Shown here one piece after another: positions 1 through 11,880 of a DNA stretch of 64,000 nt; positions within the stretch are counted from its first letter, which is position 1; every line of letters starts with the position of its first letter. The notes under the pieces were generated by a model, which made no database searches, was not told the origin of the DNA, and saw nothing but the letters and a program-made list of their open reading frames with translations. This DNA is from Octopus sinensis. Lineage: Eukaryota. Position numbers and translations under genes: made by a program. The stretch lies in contig NC_043003.1 in assembly GCF_006345805.1 (NCBI RefSeq), positions 100,626,001 through 100,690,000 on the forward strand, read 5' to 3'.

Positions 1-300
1 TATTGTCTACCTGTCAACACACACACAGTGAATTACTTTCATTTTATTCATTGCACACTGTGTGTGTGCGTGTGCGTGTGGTGTAAACCACATTAAGAAA
101 AGCATTTGACATACACACCAGAATGTGAGTTTTCTGTAAATTTTGCTTAATTGGAGTTTAAATTTTAAAAACTGGACCTGGCATGACCCGATGCATTCTA
201 CTCTTAAAAATGCTAGGTAAATTGTAATTGAAGAAATCCTATATTGTAGATTTCTATAACTAACAAAGGGAGGCAGATAAAATCTGCCTTTTATAATAAG

Positions 301-425
301 AGATATATATATATACATATATATATATACATATATATATACATATATATATACATATATATATATACACATATATATATACATATATATATATACATAT
401 ATACATATATATATATATACATATA

Positions 426-482
<57 letters not shown>

Positions 483-619
483 ATACATATATATATATAT
501 ACATATATATATATACATATACATATATATATATATATACATATATATAATACATATATATACATATATATATATACATATATATACATATATATATATA
601 CATATATATACATATATAT

Positions 620-697
<78 letters not shown>

Positions 698-750
698 TAT
701 AATATACATATATATATATATATACTATATACATATATATATATATATAT

Positions 751-791
<41 letters not shown>

Positions 792-808
792 TATATATAT
801 ATATATAT

Positions 809-850
<42 letters not shown>

Positions 851-853
851 TAT
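301..853. repeat. Compound (TA)n microsatellite with CA interruptions, about 550 bp
   Basis: Read directly; explains the YI/YM-rich ORFs at 7-935. Confidence 0.98.
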
Positions 854-885
854 GAAATTTTGAATTTAGTTCACAGACATTCAGT

Positions 886-937
886 ACTACCTTTGCAGAC
901 CACCGGGGGTCTGTGGATCCCAGGTTGGGAACCACTG
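886..937 (-). mobile_element. Probable hAT/Charlie-type MITE terminus
   Basis: The reverse complement begins CAGTGGTTCCCAACCTGGG, a typical hAT terminus. The partner end was not found. Confidence 0.45.
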
Positions 938-3297
938 TTTTAGAGTTTACTGCTTTAAAAGAACTTTACAACATGAAATTGCAATAGCTAGACTATTCAA
1001 GAACTAAACCATTGACTATATCTGATCATTCTTCACTAAAAGACTAAATTTACATACACATTACAGGTTATATTGTATGTTATATGGTAAAAGTTTTATT
1101 AATCTCTGTGGTATTTTGTCAAAATATTATGATCTGTGTATAATGTCAGAACATTTACTGAATGTCAATATCTAATTTAGAGAGTATGTAACTAGAGTTC
1201 AAGGCTAAAAGAAAGACTATAACAAATGAATTAACTTGAAAATGTTTTTATATTGTGTTTTAATGAAATCAATCATTGTAGTAGTAAGACTAGTTATGTT
1301 TATATAGACAAAACAGCTGACATTCTATGCTGAAACAGAGCTCATTGAGAAAAACAACAACAATTTTAGTAAGTTGTCTAATTTGATAGTGTCCCAATGA
1401 CACAGTGATTTATTGGAGCACAGGTAAAAACTTTGATTGCATCTAGTAACCTAGGACAAATCAATTTGTTAAACACTCAATGAACTGATCTTAACACTAC
1501 TGAAAGCTATTGAAACACTTGTCAATTTTACACTATTCCCACTGTTTACAGCATAGAATTTTTAAACTCTATGATAAAATGTTTACAGCTAATTCAAACA
1601 GTGGAATAAATTTTATGATGAAATGAAGGGAAGCTTGATATTTTTAGGCAGAAGCCTTCATCAAACAAAGAAGATGAATAGATGCTGAAATAAAAATAGA
1701 GATTAATGACAGAGAAGAGGAAGGAGAGTTAAAGAGGAGGAGGGAGAGATAACATGTTATAGGTGGAGAGTAATGGTCAGAGAAAGGAGAAAATCTCAAA
1801 ATATTAGATTTTTCTTATGTCTTTTCACACAGCATGTGTGACAAGGCTGGACTTTTGAATCTGCATAGCACAAAATTATATCTCACTGTCTGAACTATTT
1901 CTATTAGTTTTTGCCAATGGAGACCATCACTAGCTTCAACTCACAGATTTTACAGTTTTATCATTGATAGGAGGGTTGATTTAGTAAAACTGTATAAGTC
2001 ACAGCTACAGCACAAAAATCCATTGATAGAATATGAACATCTGACCTCTTAGTTGGGGTTTTACTACTCTACTGATCTATTGAATTCTCTTTAGTTCAAT
2101 TTTAGTAGCAGAAAAATGCTTTGGTTGAGAGAGAACTTATATTCACATTTATCAAATGGTAAACTTGGGTCATCTTCAATAAGATCTCTCTCTCTCTCCC
2201 TTTCCCCTTATGTGTCTCTGCTGCATATGATGGAACATTTGTTGGTATCAACATTGAACATAAAGCTGTTCAATCAACTTAACATTCACCTTATAAAATC
2301 AACATGTAAGTGGCTGAGTATTCTACAGACACATGTAACCATAACATATTTCCCAAACAAAATCAACATGAAACAATATTTAACAAAGCAGTACCTCTAA
2401 ATTAGAGATTCCATCCACCTGCCAAGTTATAATGCAGTTTCCATCTTCCCAATTTCACTCACAAGATATGATTCAGTATGAGGCTATGCTAAAGTTATAT
2501 GGCTTAGATACCAAGCAATGGGATGGAACCAAAAAACTCAAGACCCTGAAGCTAATCTCTTAACCACTCAGCCTTCCTACAACAACATACACATATAAAT
2601 ATATACATACATATAAATATACACACATTCACACAAACATGAACATATAAACATTACAACACATATAGTAACAGTATCTGTCATATGCTGACTGAGTTCT
2701 TGTTCATCTCTGCTGTGGTAGAACCAAATTTTTCTAACATACAGAAATATAGTGGGTCAGAGGATAAACTACATGCTTACATTACCACTCTATAGCTTAT
2801 ACAAACAGACCAATACAAATTAAAAAGGATCTGTTTGAACAGGGATGACCTGGGACTACACACACAAATGCAAACACATACACACACAAGCACACGCAAA
2901 TACACACATATAGCTCATTTACATTCTTATTCTAACAAATTCTACATATACAGCTTCCACACTTGACTCACATAGACAAATAAACAGTAAGACATGATTT
3001 CAGGGAGATATGTCTGTTACTTCTAACAGATCCAAATCAAACATGACAGTCAGTTTTTAAACAAAGAACACACTGGATAATGTAGTCTCTGGGATTTAAA
3101 AAAAAACTGGATTGGTTACATACAGAACATCTTTGATCAAAAGTCTACTGGATTAATGCTGACAGGGATTAAACAACGAAAACAATAATCTACATTGACA
3201 TGTGCACTCTCCCCCCCCTCTCTCTCTTATATATACACCCACATATGAAAAGGTAAAACATTTATATTAGTTAAGTAAATCAAAATTAACAACTTAC

Positions 3298-3436
3298 TCA
3301 ATCAGGAAATTCTGCTGTGGTCCTATTACAGAGCCAGGCCTGCAGACCCGTAACCATGCTATAGATTCTGCTGCAGAGAATCTATAATGCTTCATAATGT
3401 AACAAGCTATTAAGGTTCCTGTCCGACCCAAACCAG
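3298..3436 (-). CDS. CDC14: CDC14-like exon (139 bp, [46 protein letters not shown])
   Basis: Acceptor ttacag and donor gtaagt. Completes the HCxxGxGRT P-loop and carries the [10 protein letters not shown] motif. Confidence 0.97.
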
Positions 3437-4959
3437 CTGTAAATTATTAAAGCAAAAAATGTAAAATACTACATGCAAATATATTCATGTACATTCAAAA
3501 CAAATAAACAAGCATGCATGCATATATATAGATTTAGACACACACACACACACACACACACTAGTATCAGACAGTGAGAATGAGTGCTCAACAACACATT
3601 GGTGGATAAATATTCTTATTTGTGGATTAACAAGGCTATCGATAGTTTCATGTGGAATGGATCTCAACAACTGTTCAAGCAAACCACATGGGAATGTTCT
3701 CCAAAATGGAGACAATAGTAGAGATTCCTTCACATGAAACTATTGGTTGCTTTGTTAATCCAAAGAAAAAGTAAATCTATCCTGACAGACAAAAAAATAA
3801 AGAAATTTTGGAATTATATGAAAGAAATTCGAGCAACAAGCATTAATAACCAGCAGATGAAGATTGTCCAGACTTTAAACCAATTATGTAACATAACAGA
3901 GATAGCAGCTTCACAGAACATTGAAAAAATTTTTAATTTAAACTAAGACACCAACAATAATGATCTGGATTGACAAACATACTCAATCAAACACAGTTTA
4001 AATCATATCTGGAATGAGAATCTCACAACCCTAAAATTTACATTTTGGAATTTGTTAAAAAAGAATTTCAAAGCAAATATTTATTAAAATTAGTTGAATA
4101 CAGCCCCAACTTTTCTTTACAGATAATTTCAAATAAAACCAATCAAAAATGAATTAGAAGAAAGAAAACTCAGAGAAAGGATCACTAGAAAAATTGAAAA
4201 TGGAAATTCAGCTATTGCATCTTAGAGCCAGCACGAATGAAGAAAAATTCAAATCTGTTGATAGACATATGGAAATGGTAAGTTCAAAAACACTGAAGGC
4301 ATTCTGTTTGAAAACAGTTATACTATGGAGAGTAAAATGTTTAAATGAAGAATTGATGTTGGGAAAGGAATGCTGTCTAGTTTAAAAGTAGTTCTAATCT
4401 AATTCTAAAGAAAATTAAAGCATACTAGTTTTACTCACAGACGACAAAGCAAACATCAAAAATTAAGAATTTACCCACCAAGGATTTGCAAGAAGTAACA
4501 CCAATTCCAGATTCTGCAGTCAATGAAATAAACCCACTAAAAGATTTTCAAACCCTTCTCCACCAAAGGAGAACACCTTTCAAAGCAGGATATTCCACTC
4601 TACACAAAGAAACAGTAATTATAACAGGAGGAACTATCTAGACATGAACAGCATTTACTCAGACATACGAAGGAGGATAACAATTATTCTAGAAAATTGG
4701 AAAGAAACAGAGTATATAGCCACAGACTCAAGAACACAATCAAAAGAACAAATGTCACAAACCAATTTTTAAGCCCAGAAGAAAGATTTCAAGACACATG
4801 GTGGTAGGAGCTAGGCAGCAGGGGAAGAGGTAGGCATAATGCATGAGAGAGTAGGAACGGTCACTGTAACTGGTGGAAATCTCAAAACAGCACTTCCAGA
4901 ACTCAGTCTTGTTGAAGAGGGTGAGTCTTTTTGAAAACCTCATATCATCAGAAATCCTG

Positions 4960-5620
4960 GTTCTTTGTCATCTCAACTGTTAGGTTCAGGGTCTTCAAGT
5001 CAGCCTTCACCACTTCATCCCATGTCTTCCTAGTTCTTCCTTTTCCACAAGTTCCAGCCACATCAAGCAAATGACACTTCTTTATACATGCATCACATGT
5101 CTGTACCAGCACAGTCTTCTTTCTTGAACACTTTGATTCCTCTTACACCTGGTTTTTCATTCAGCATCTTTGTACTTATTCTTTTACACACTCACATTGC
5201 ATATATAATGGAGCAAGCTCGCTTCATTTCTTTCCAGTCTATTCAAGTCCTCTGCATTCAAGGCCCATGTCTCCCTACCATGCAACACGGCAGTTCAAAC
5301 ACAAGCATCATACAATCTGCTCTTCACTCTTAAAAGAAAGATCTTTATTATCAACAGTGGAGTAGCTACCTGAAATTTTTCCAATCAGTTCTAACTCTAG
5401 CAACTATGCTTTCAGAGCAACCGCCTCTCTTGCTAATTGCATCTCCTAAGTAACAAAAGCTATCAACTAATTCTGATTGGCCATATGAACATTTAAGAGA
5501 CACAATTTGAAGTGTGCTTGTATGAACTGCACCAGTGCATCTATGGAACATGAAGCTTACAGTCTCTGATAGTCTGTCAGTGAGTTCACTACATTTCTTG
5601 TGTGCTCATTGCTTATATTG
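4960..5620 (-). mobile_element. Degenerate RTE-clade LINE fragment (C-terminal RT region)
   Basis: Minus-strand ORF reads ELVDSFCYLGDAISKRGGCSESIVARVRTDWKNFR, matching the RTE ...FCYLG...RIxxxWxxFR pattern. Downstream frames are disrupted. Confidence 0.75.
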
Positions 5621-5696
5621 AGTAGAACATATGGAATTTATACCTATCCCTTTTTCTATATATTGAGCAAAGCCATTTCTAAAAAATACCAGAGTC

Positions 5697-6455
5697 CTGC
5701 TATGTAAACTTCAGTCTAGAGTGTAGGGCCTTATTTAAGGCTGTAAAGCATGATGAGTAAATTTTAGGCAAGTTTGCAGAGTCTATTAGGTAAACTTAAG
5801 TCAATGCTGTAGTGCTTATTAGGTAAATTTCAGCAAGGTAAACTTCTGCTAAGACTGTAGGGCCTGCTAGGTAAACTTTAGTCAAGGCTGTAGGCCTTGC
5901 TTGGTAAACTTCAGCCAAGAATGTAGGGTTTGTTAGGTAATTATCATCCAGTGTTGTAGGGCCTGCTAGTTGAAATTAAGCTAAGGTGGTAGAGGCAGTT
6001 AGGTAAACTTCAGCTAATTTTGTAGTGGCTTCTGGTTAAAATTCAGCTGAGGAAAATTTCAACCAGAGCCACAGTACCTGCTAAGTAAACTTTGGCCAAA
6101 TTTGTAATGCCTGCAAGGTAAACTTTAGACAATGTTGTAGGGGCTGCAAGGTGACCTTCAGTAAGGCTGTAGAGCCTACTAGGTAAATTTCAGTCCAGGC
6201 CATAGTGTCTGCTAGGTAAATTTAGACAAAATTTAGACAAGGTTGTAGTACCTGTGAGGTAAACATCAGTTAGGGCTGTAGGATCTGTTAGGTAAACTTC
6301 AGTCAAGGTTGTATGGTCTGCTGGGTAAGATTCAGTCAGAGCTGTTGGATTCTTTATGTAACTTCAGTCAAGTTTGTACAGCTTGCTAGTTAAATTTCAG
6401 TCAGAGCTGTAGTACCTGCTAGGTTAACATCTGTTAGGTTGTAGGGTCTGCTGGG
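5697..6455. repeat. Degenerate 33-bp minisatellite, about 22-23 units, consensus CTGCTAGGTAAACTTCAGTCAAGGCTGTAGGGC
   Basis: The GTAAAC core recurs with a 33-bp period (e.g. 5871 and 5904). Many units are substituted or truncated. Confidence 0.88.
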
Positions 6456-6599
6456 AGGGCTTGCTAATTGGTGATTGAATACCATAAGTGAGCAGTAGCA
6501 AAATATTTTAGATAATTTTTGAAAGCTTAACACGAAAATTATAGCCAATAAACTAGAAAAAAATTGCATAAGACTATTGTAGCAAATGATATAATAAAG

Positions 6600-6790
6600 T
6601 TGTTGTTATTTAGTCCTAGGTTTGCTCTTTAAACAGAACCATGATCAAAGACATACCATTTGGGACTGTTCCATCTTTCCCTTCAGCTATTTATTAAAAC
6701 TTTTTTTATAATGATTAGAGTGTTGTGGAAAAAAAATTTGATTGGTATTTTTAGTATACAGGCTCCTTCACTGGATCTCGTAGTTATTAT
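6600..6790 (+). mobile_element. SINE-like repeat (family C: ...gatcaaagacattccagccatgaccatc...)
   Basis: Related copies at about 2990-3180 (-), 34190-34420 (-) and 57670-57830 (+). Confidence 0.55.
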
Positions 6791-6908
6791 GACATGATAT
6801 TACAAGGCTTTGATGCCTTTCCTCACAAATAATATCTCACTATAAAACAGCAGATATTTACCAGCAAAATATTTCATTATAAAATTAAAAAAAAAAAAAG
6901 TGAACTAC

Positions 6909-7139
6909 CTTTACAGTGTACAGCAAGGCCACCATCACATTTTTCACTAATTTCCAAGAATTTCCTCACAATATTATCAGTTGGAACACTTCCATCAACG
7001 AAGAAAAGATCATAATGATCTAAACCAGCATCAGTAAAACGTTTGGCGTCATAAATTTTCTTGTTCAGGCGGACAACAGCAGTAATATTATGTTCTCTAA
7101 AGTATGGCAGATAGGCTTCAGGAGAATGAACAGGGTAAC
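6909..7139 (-). CDS. CDC14: CDC14-like exon (231 bp, [76 protein letters not shown])
   Basis: Acceptor ttccag and donor gtagtt. Contains RLN, YDAKRF, the FxDG general-acid loop and HCK with the catalytic Cys. Not present in the ORF track. Confidence 0.97.
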
Positions 7140-7733
7140 CTGGAAGAGTAAAGAAACATTCAATGAAAATGTAACAACAAATATAATTACATCTTTAAAA
7201 GGCAGCTCTATTTTCCAGACATAGTTTGCTAGTGTCATTCTATGAAAATATCTTTCATCCGCTTCACAACATAGACATGAAGTATAACATTTCTAGAGAA
7301 TGGGGATGGTGGAGGTTGTGATGTCATTGTATTTCTAAGAGCTATAAATAAAATAGCACCAATTTGGAATAAAAAACAGATCAATAAAATTTGACTTTTC
7401 CTTTTCTATTACAGATTTACTGAGCATAAATCAAACAGAAAACCAATGGACTACTTTTTAGTTCACAACAACTATGAGCACTTCTCAGCAGTAGACTCCA
7501 CTAGATTCTTCCAAATGTGAGGGCTATCAAACATAAAGAAAGCATGTTACATATGAAAATGCTATACAGTATGTAAGAATATATTGCTAGTGGCTTACTT
7601 TATGGTACTATACTGACCAAATAACAAAATGATTAAACATAAAAAGATGTTAGGAGTTTAACTGACAAAAGTTCAGAGGTTGACTTTACCATTTAGAGTG
7701 CAATAAACACCCTAAATGGTAAAGTGGATTTCA

Positions 7734-7775
<42 letters not shown>

Positions 7776-7776
<1 letters not shown>

Positions 7777-8817
7777 TAGCAGAAAAACCTGGCATTGCCC
7801 AGGTTAAAGAAAATAATGAAATTTAAAAACATGGTCTACCTTATACAGGTCTCAGCAGCTATTAGCTGAGATACTAACTTTCTACATAACTCTGCAACCC
7901 ATGCCAACATGGAACATAAATGCTAAGTGTAATGTGAAAAGAAAATTTTCAACTGATATATATATAAAGTAAATAAGACAAGAAAAAAAGAGGATGAAGG
8001 AAAAAGAGGTGATAAAGAAAAAGCCATCTTGACTAAGGAGACAGCACGCTGACAGACACAGTCCAACTACAAATGGAAGCTCTCAAAAATACCACACTCA
8101 TAGCATTCTTCAAGCTCTGTCAAGATGATCGATTTGCTACAAGAGTGCTATACAATAAAGTTCCACAATTCTATACCTGGTACCAAAACAAATGGAAAAG
8201 ATGTGCACTTGGAGCACCCACATCATCTGGGAATCAAGAAATCAGACACACATGGCAGAGTCTATGTTGTCTGTCCCAACTACTCTGAGTGCTACTATCT
8301 AAGGCCTTGTCAAGGGACCCACATCATTTACAGCCTTACGTGTGGTTGATAACACAGTATGCAAGACATATCGCCAGGCTTGCCATCTCAGAGGTCGTCT
8401 GGAAGATGAGGCACACTGGGATGCCATTCTGACAGAGGCACAAATGTGCATGTCTCCATTGCAGCTGAGAAACCTCTTCTCCATCATGGCAACATGATAG
8501 GTGAGAATGTCTTCATTCCAAGGATACCTATCATCTCAAATGATCTCCTCTTTCAGTTCAAGAGACTGCAGTTTCCTATCAAACTTAGCTTTGCAATGTC
8601 TATCAACAAAGCACAAGGTCAATTTCTAAAGGTGGTGGGACTTAACCTCCTTCAACCTTGCTTCTCACATAGTCAGCTGTATGTTGGATGTTCCAGAGTT
8701 GGAGATGAAAAGAACCACTACATTCTCAGTGATAAATGTGGCAAGGCAGAAAACACAGTACATGAAGAAGCACTTGCATGAATAGCAGATCTATGTCATA
8801 CTTGGCAACCACACTAG
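7776..8817 (+). mobile_element. Internally deleted non-autonomous Helitron (post-Rep segment joined to PIF1-helicase C-terminus)
   Basis: 8073-8445 encodes TTLIAFFKLCQDDRFATRVLYNKVPQFYTW and GRVYVVCPNYSECYYLR. 8490-8781 encodes GENVFIPRIP...FKRLQFPIKLSFAMSINKAQGQ...SHSQLYVGCSRV. It starts at CTAG next to a (TA)n run and has a candidate CTAG 3' end at 8814-8817. Confidence 0.88.
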
Positions 8818-9010
8818 TGCTGGTGGATTGAAAAAAATCACCCAGTACACTCTGTAAAGTAGTTGGTATTAGGAAGGGCATCCAGCTGTAGAAACCATGC
8901 CAAAACTGATAAAGAAGCTCAGCATGTCCCTGTAGCTGATCCTGTCAAACCATCCAACCACTGCCAGCATACAAAATGGCCACTGAATGATGAGACAATG
9001 ATGATGCCGA
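8818..9010 (+). mobile_element. RTE-related 3' UTR/SINE-like tail ending in (GAT)n
   Basis: Contains the ggtattaggaagggcatccagctgtagaaaccatgcc motif also seen at 20760-20925; inverted partial copies lie at 9060-9175 and 47590-47700. Confidence 0.7.
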
Positions 9011-9902
9011 TGATATATATATATATATATATATTAATGATGTCGATGATATATCATCGACATCATCATCATTGTTTAATGACCATCTTCCATGCATGCA
9101 TGGGTAGGACGGTTCACAGGAGGTGGCTAGGTAGAAAAACTACCCTATGCTACTGTCTATTTTGGCATGTGTTTCTTATTCGTTATTTTAAATGTTCCTT
9201 ATGCACAAAATATACATACGTATATCACATGTTGGTATGAGATTGCACCAGCACTTCATGCAGGTAAGGTACACATGAACTATTGGAATTTCATTTCGGA
9301 TGACCACTTTCAAAAAACCTGCAGGTCATGTAGAGGACTGATGTAACACTTGAACACATATATACTATTTTATTAAAGCAGAAAAAACTTCACAAATTGT
9401 TACGAGAGTTTCCCTGTGACAGTTGTCAAACAGTTGTCACAACCATCTGACAGTCAAATAAAACTGGGCAACAGTTAGTGAAATTTTTCAGTTTTAATGA
9501 AATGGTATTTTGCTCTATCTTTGGTATTCTAGTGCTCTGTATGAGACATGGCAATAGGTAATGACTGATCAAGCTATCTTTGTTTTTTTGCTTTTGTTTT
9601 GTATTACTAGAACAACTGCATAATTAATGACTGGATCTTTAGAATCATTTGTGCCACATTCCTTGCATGTGCACACACACACACACACACTCTCTCTAAG
9701 TCAACTTGCAGTCAGAGATAGTGATGATGGAGGGTCTAAAATAAATGAAGAAATATTTTTGTTAAAGCTTGGAGACATTGTAAATGACAGATGGCAACAG
9801 CCCCAATCATTGTTAAAATTTTGGGGATTGTTAACCTGCTGAGAACAATAGACAACAGAGGCACTTTGAATTTGCCTGCCATTTAGTCTTATGATAAAAG
9901 AA

Positions 9903-10053
9903 GTGGCTGTGCAGTAAGAAGTTTGCTTCCTAACCAAATAGTTCTGGGTTCAGGCCCACTGTGTGGCACCTCGGGCAAGTGTATTCTACTATAGCCACAG
10001 GCTGACCAAAGCCTTGTGAATGGATCCGGTAGATGAAAGCTAAAAGAAGTTTG

Positions 10054-10116
<63 letters not shown>

Positions 10117-10275
10117 TACATACATGTGTGTGTGTGTGTCTTTGTGACCATGTTTGTCCCCCACCACTGCTTGACAACCAGTGTTGGTGCGTTTATGTTC
10201 CTGTAATTTAGTGGTTCGACAATAGGGATCGATAGAATAAGTACCGGGCATTAAAAAGGAGTCCTGGGGTCAATT
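9903..10275 (+). mobile_element. tRNA-derived SINE (family B) with internal (TA)n(CA)n microsatellite
   Basis: Box A-like GGCTGTGCAGTAAG and box B-like GGTTCAGGCCC, then ggcacctcgggcaagtgtattctactatagcc. Homologous copies at 18825-19175 (-), 37590-38007 (-), 47790-47990 (-), 14540-14690 (+) and 2440-2575 (-). Confidence 0.82.
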
Positions 10276-10564
10276 CTGTCCAGTCTTGTTACAGTCTGTA
10301 ACAACGAGGATTTCTTTCATTACTTTTCAATCATCTTTTACACTCATCTAAGGGAGACATTTTATTTCTTAGTTGTTATTTGTAAATAATTAATTTCAAT
10401 GATGTACATAGGGAAATTAAAGGTATATGAAAGATTTGAGCTGAATATGAAGAGGACACTGTTATAGAATGTTTCTCTAAGTAACACAATGCACAGTGAT
10501 AAAGATGTAATTGGTGCAGGTGTCAGCACCACAATGAACATGGAAATAATACATATAAAATCTA

Positions 10565-10770
10565 AGGTGGTGAGTTAGCAAAATCCTGAGCATGCCATGC
10601 AAAATGCTTAACAGCATTTTGTCTGTCTTTCTGTTCTGAGTTCAAATTACACAGAAGTTGACTTTGCCTTTCATCTTTTCAGGGTCAATAAAATAAAAAC
10701 CAGTTGAGGACTATGGTTAATATAATTGACATACCCTTCTCCTGAAATTATTGGCTTTGTTCCAAAATCC
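10565..10770 (+). mobile_element. SINE family A copy (octopus-type, head aggtggtgagttagca..., core ttctgagttcaaat...gactttgcctttcatc)
   Basis: Homologous to 11320-11545, 42548-42770 and 49571-49806. Confidence 0.8.
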
Positions 10771-11319
10771 ATTGTTTCTTATGCCTATTTGTAAAATCTA
10801 TTGTTTTTATGCCTATGCTACCACTTTGTTAAACATGAATAATGTTAGAGCTCCCATCATCCGTACTGAGGGTTCAGCTCCCACCATCACAATCTGAGGG
10901 TTCAGCACAAGGTTTGACACACAACTTATTATATACAAAAATAAACATACACATGCATGTACATGTCTACACATGATTTTAAGATTGACCTCCCACCCAC
11001 CCACTTTCCATCAATTCCTTCCCACCTGCACTCCTGCCACACCCACATTCTGTTAGTATTTACCCCTTACACCATTAAGGTACTATCCGACCCCTGTCAT
11101 AACTCTAGAACAAATTCCCATGTGAATTTCACACACTAGTTATTTTTGTTCAAGCTTTCCACAACATTCACAAACTGGATGCAGCGTTTCCTGACCCCCA
11201 GTGGAAAAGAACTATTAGCATTCTCTTCCTAGCAGCCCTTCTAACAAGTATTGAGATTGAATTTTTCTCAAACTCTTATGCAAGAAACTGACTGTTAAAA
11301 TTGGCTGACATGGACCTAT

Positions 11320-11545
11320 TTTTTTACATCCCACAAGGGGCTAAACACAGAGAGGACAAACAAGGACAAATGGATTAAGTTGATTATATCGACCCCAGTG
11401 CATGAATGGTAATTATTTAATCAACTCCGAAAGGATGAAAGACAAAGTCGACCTCGGCGGAATTTGAACTCAGAACATAGCAGCAGACGAAATACCGCTA
11501 AGCATTTCGCTTGGCATGCTAACGATTCTGCCAGCTCACCGCCTT
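11320..11545 (-). mobile_element. Full-length SINE family A copy with perfect 16-bp target-site duplication
   Basis: TSD gctgacatggacctat at 11304-11319 and 11546-11561. A-rich tail on the minus strand. Confidence 0.92.
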
Positions 11546-11599
11546 GCTGACATGGACCTATAAATATATATAAATAGATAGAGAGAGAGATAGCCAATG

Positions 11600-11880
11600 A
11601 TTTCAAGGGAAGGTACTCAAAGCACATGCACTCATTCAGATTCAGGAATAGAGAGAACTCCACTTTCCTGTCGTGGTTTCTCTAGAGACTCCATGACCTC
11701 CAAGATGAAACACCCAGCATCAAGTGGACTATTATTGACAGGGTGTCACCATATTCACCAGCTCTGCCTCCACAAAAAACTGCAAGTCATCTACCAATCT
11801 GCAGTATCCATCAACAAGAAATACAATCTATCCTATTGTTGCCACTAGAGGTGTACCCTTCAGGTACCCATGAGCAGCAC
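11600..11880 (+). mobile_element. Degenerate Penelope-like retroelement fragment (C-terminal GIY-YIG region)
   Basis: Frameshifted peptides IKWTIIDRVSPYSP and LCLHKK resemble the Penelope C-terminal W-x-I...CxLC..EK segment. Confidence 0.5.

Noticed and set aside
7-935. YI/YM-rich ORFs here and at 14029-14343, 19696-20107, 22125-22376, 31528-31870 and 37676-37929
   Set aside because: These are translations of (TA)n/(CA)n microsatellites.
1-3297. Next downstream CDC14 exon
   Set aside because: No convincing phase-2 exon with CDC14 similarity; it is probably outside the window.
3600-4750. Possible L1/Tx1-like LINE remnant
   Set aside because: A-rich, purine-biased sequence suggests one, but I could not identify any diagnostic motif.
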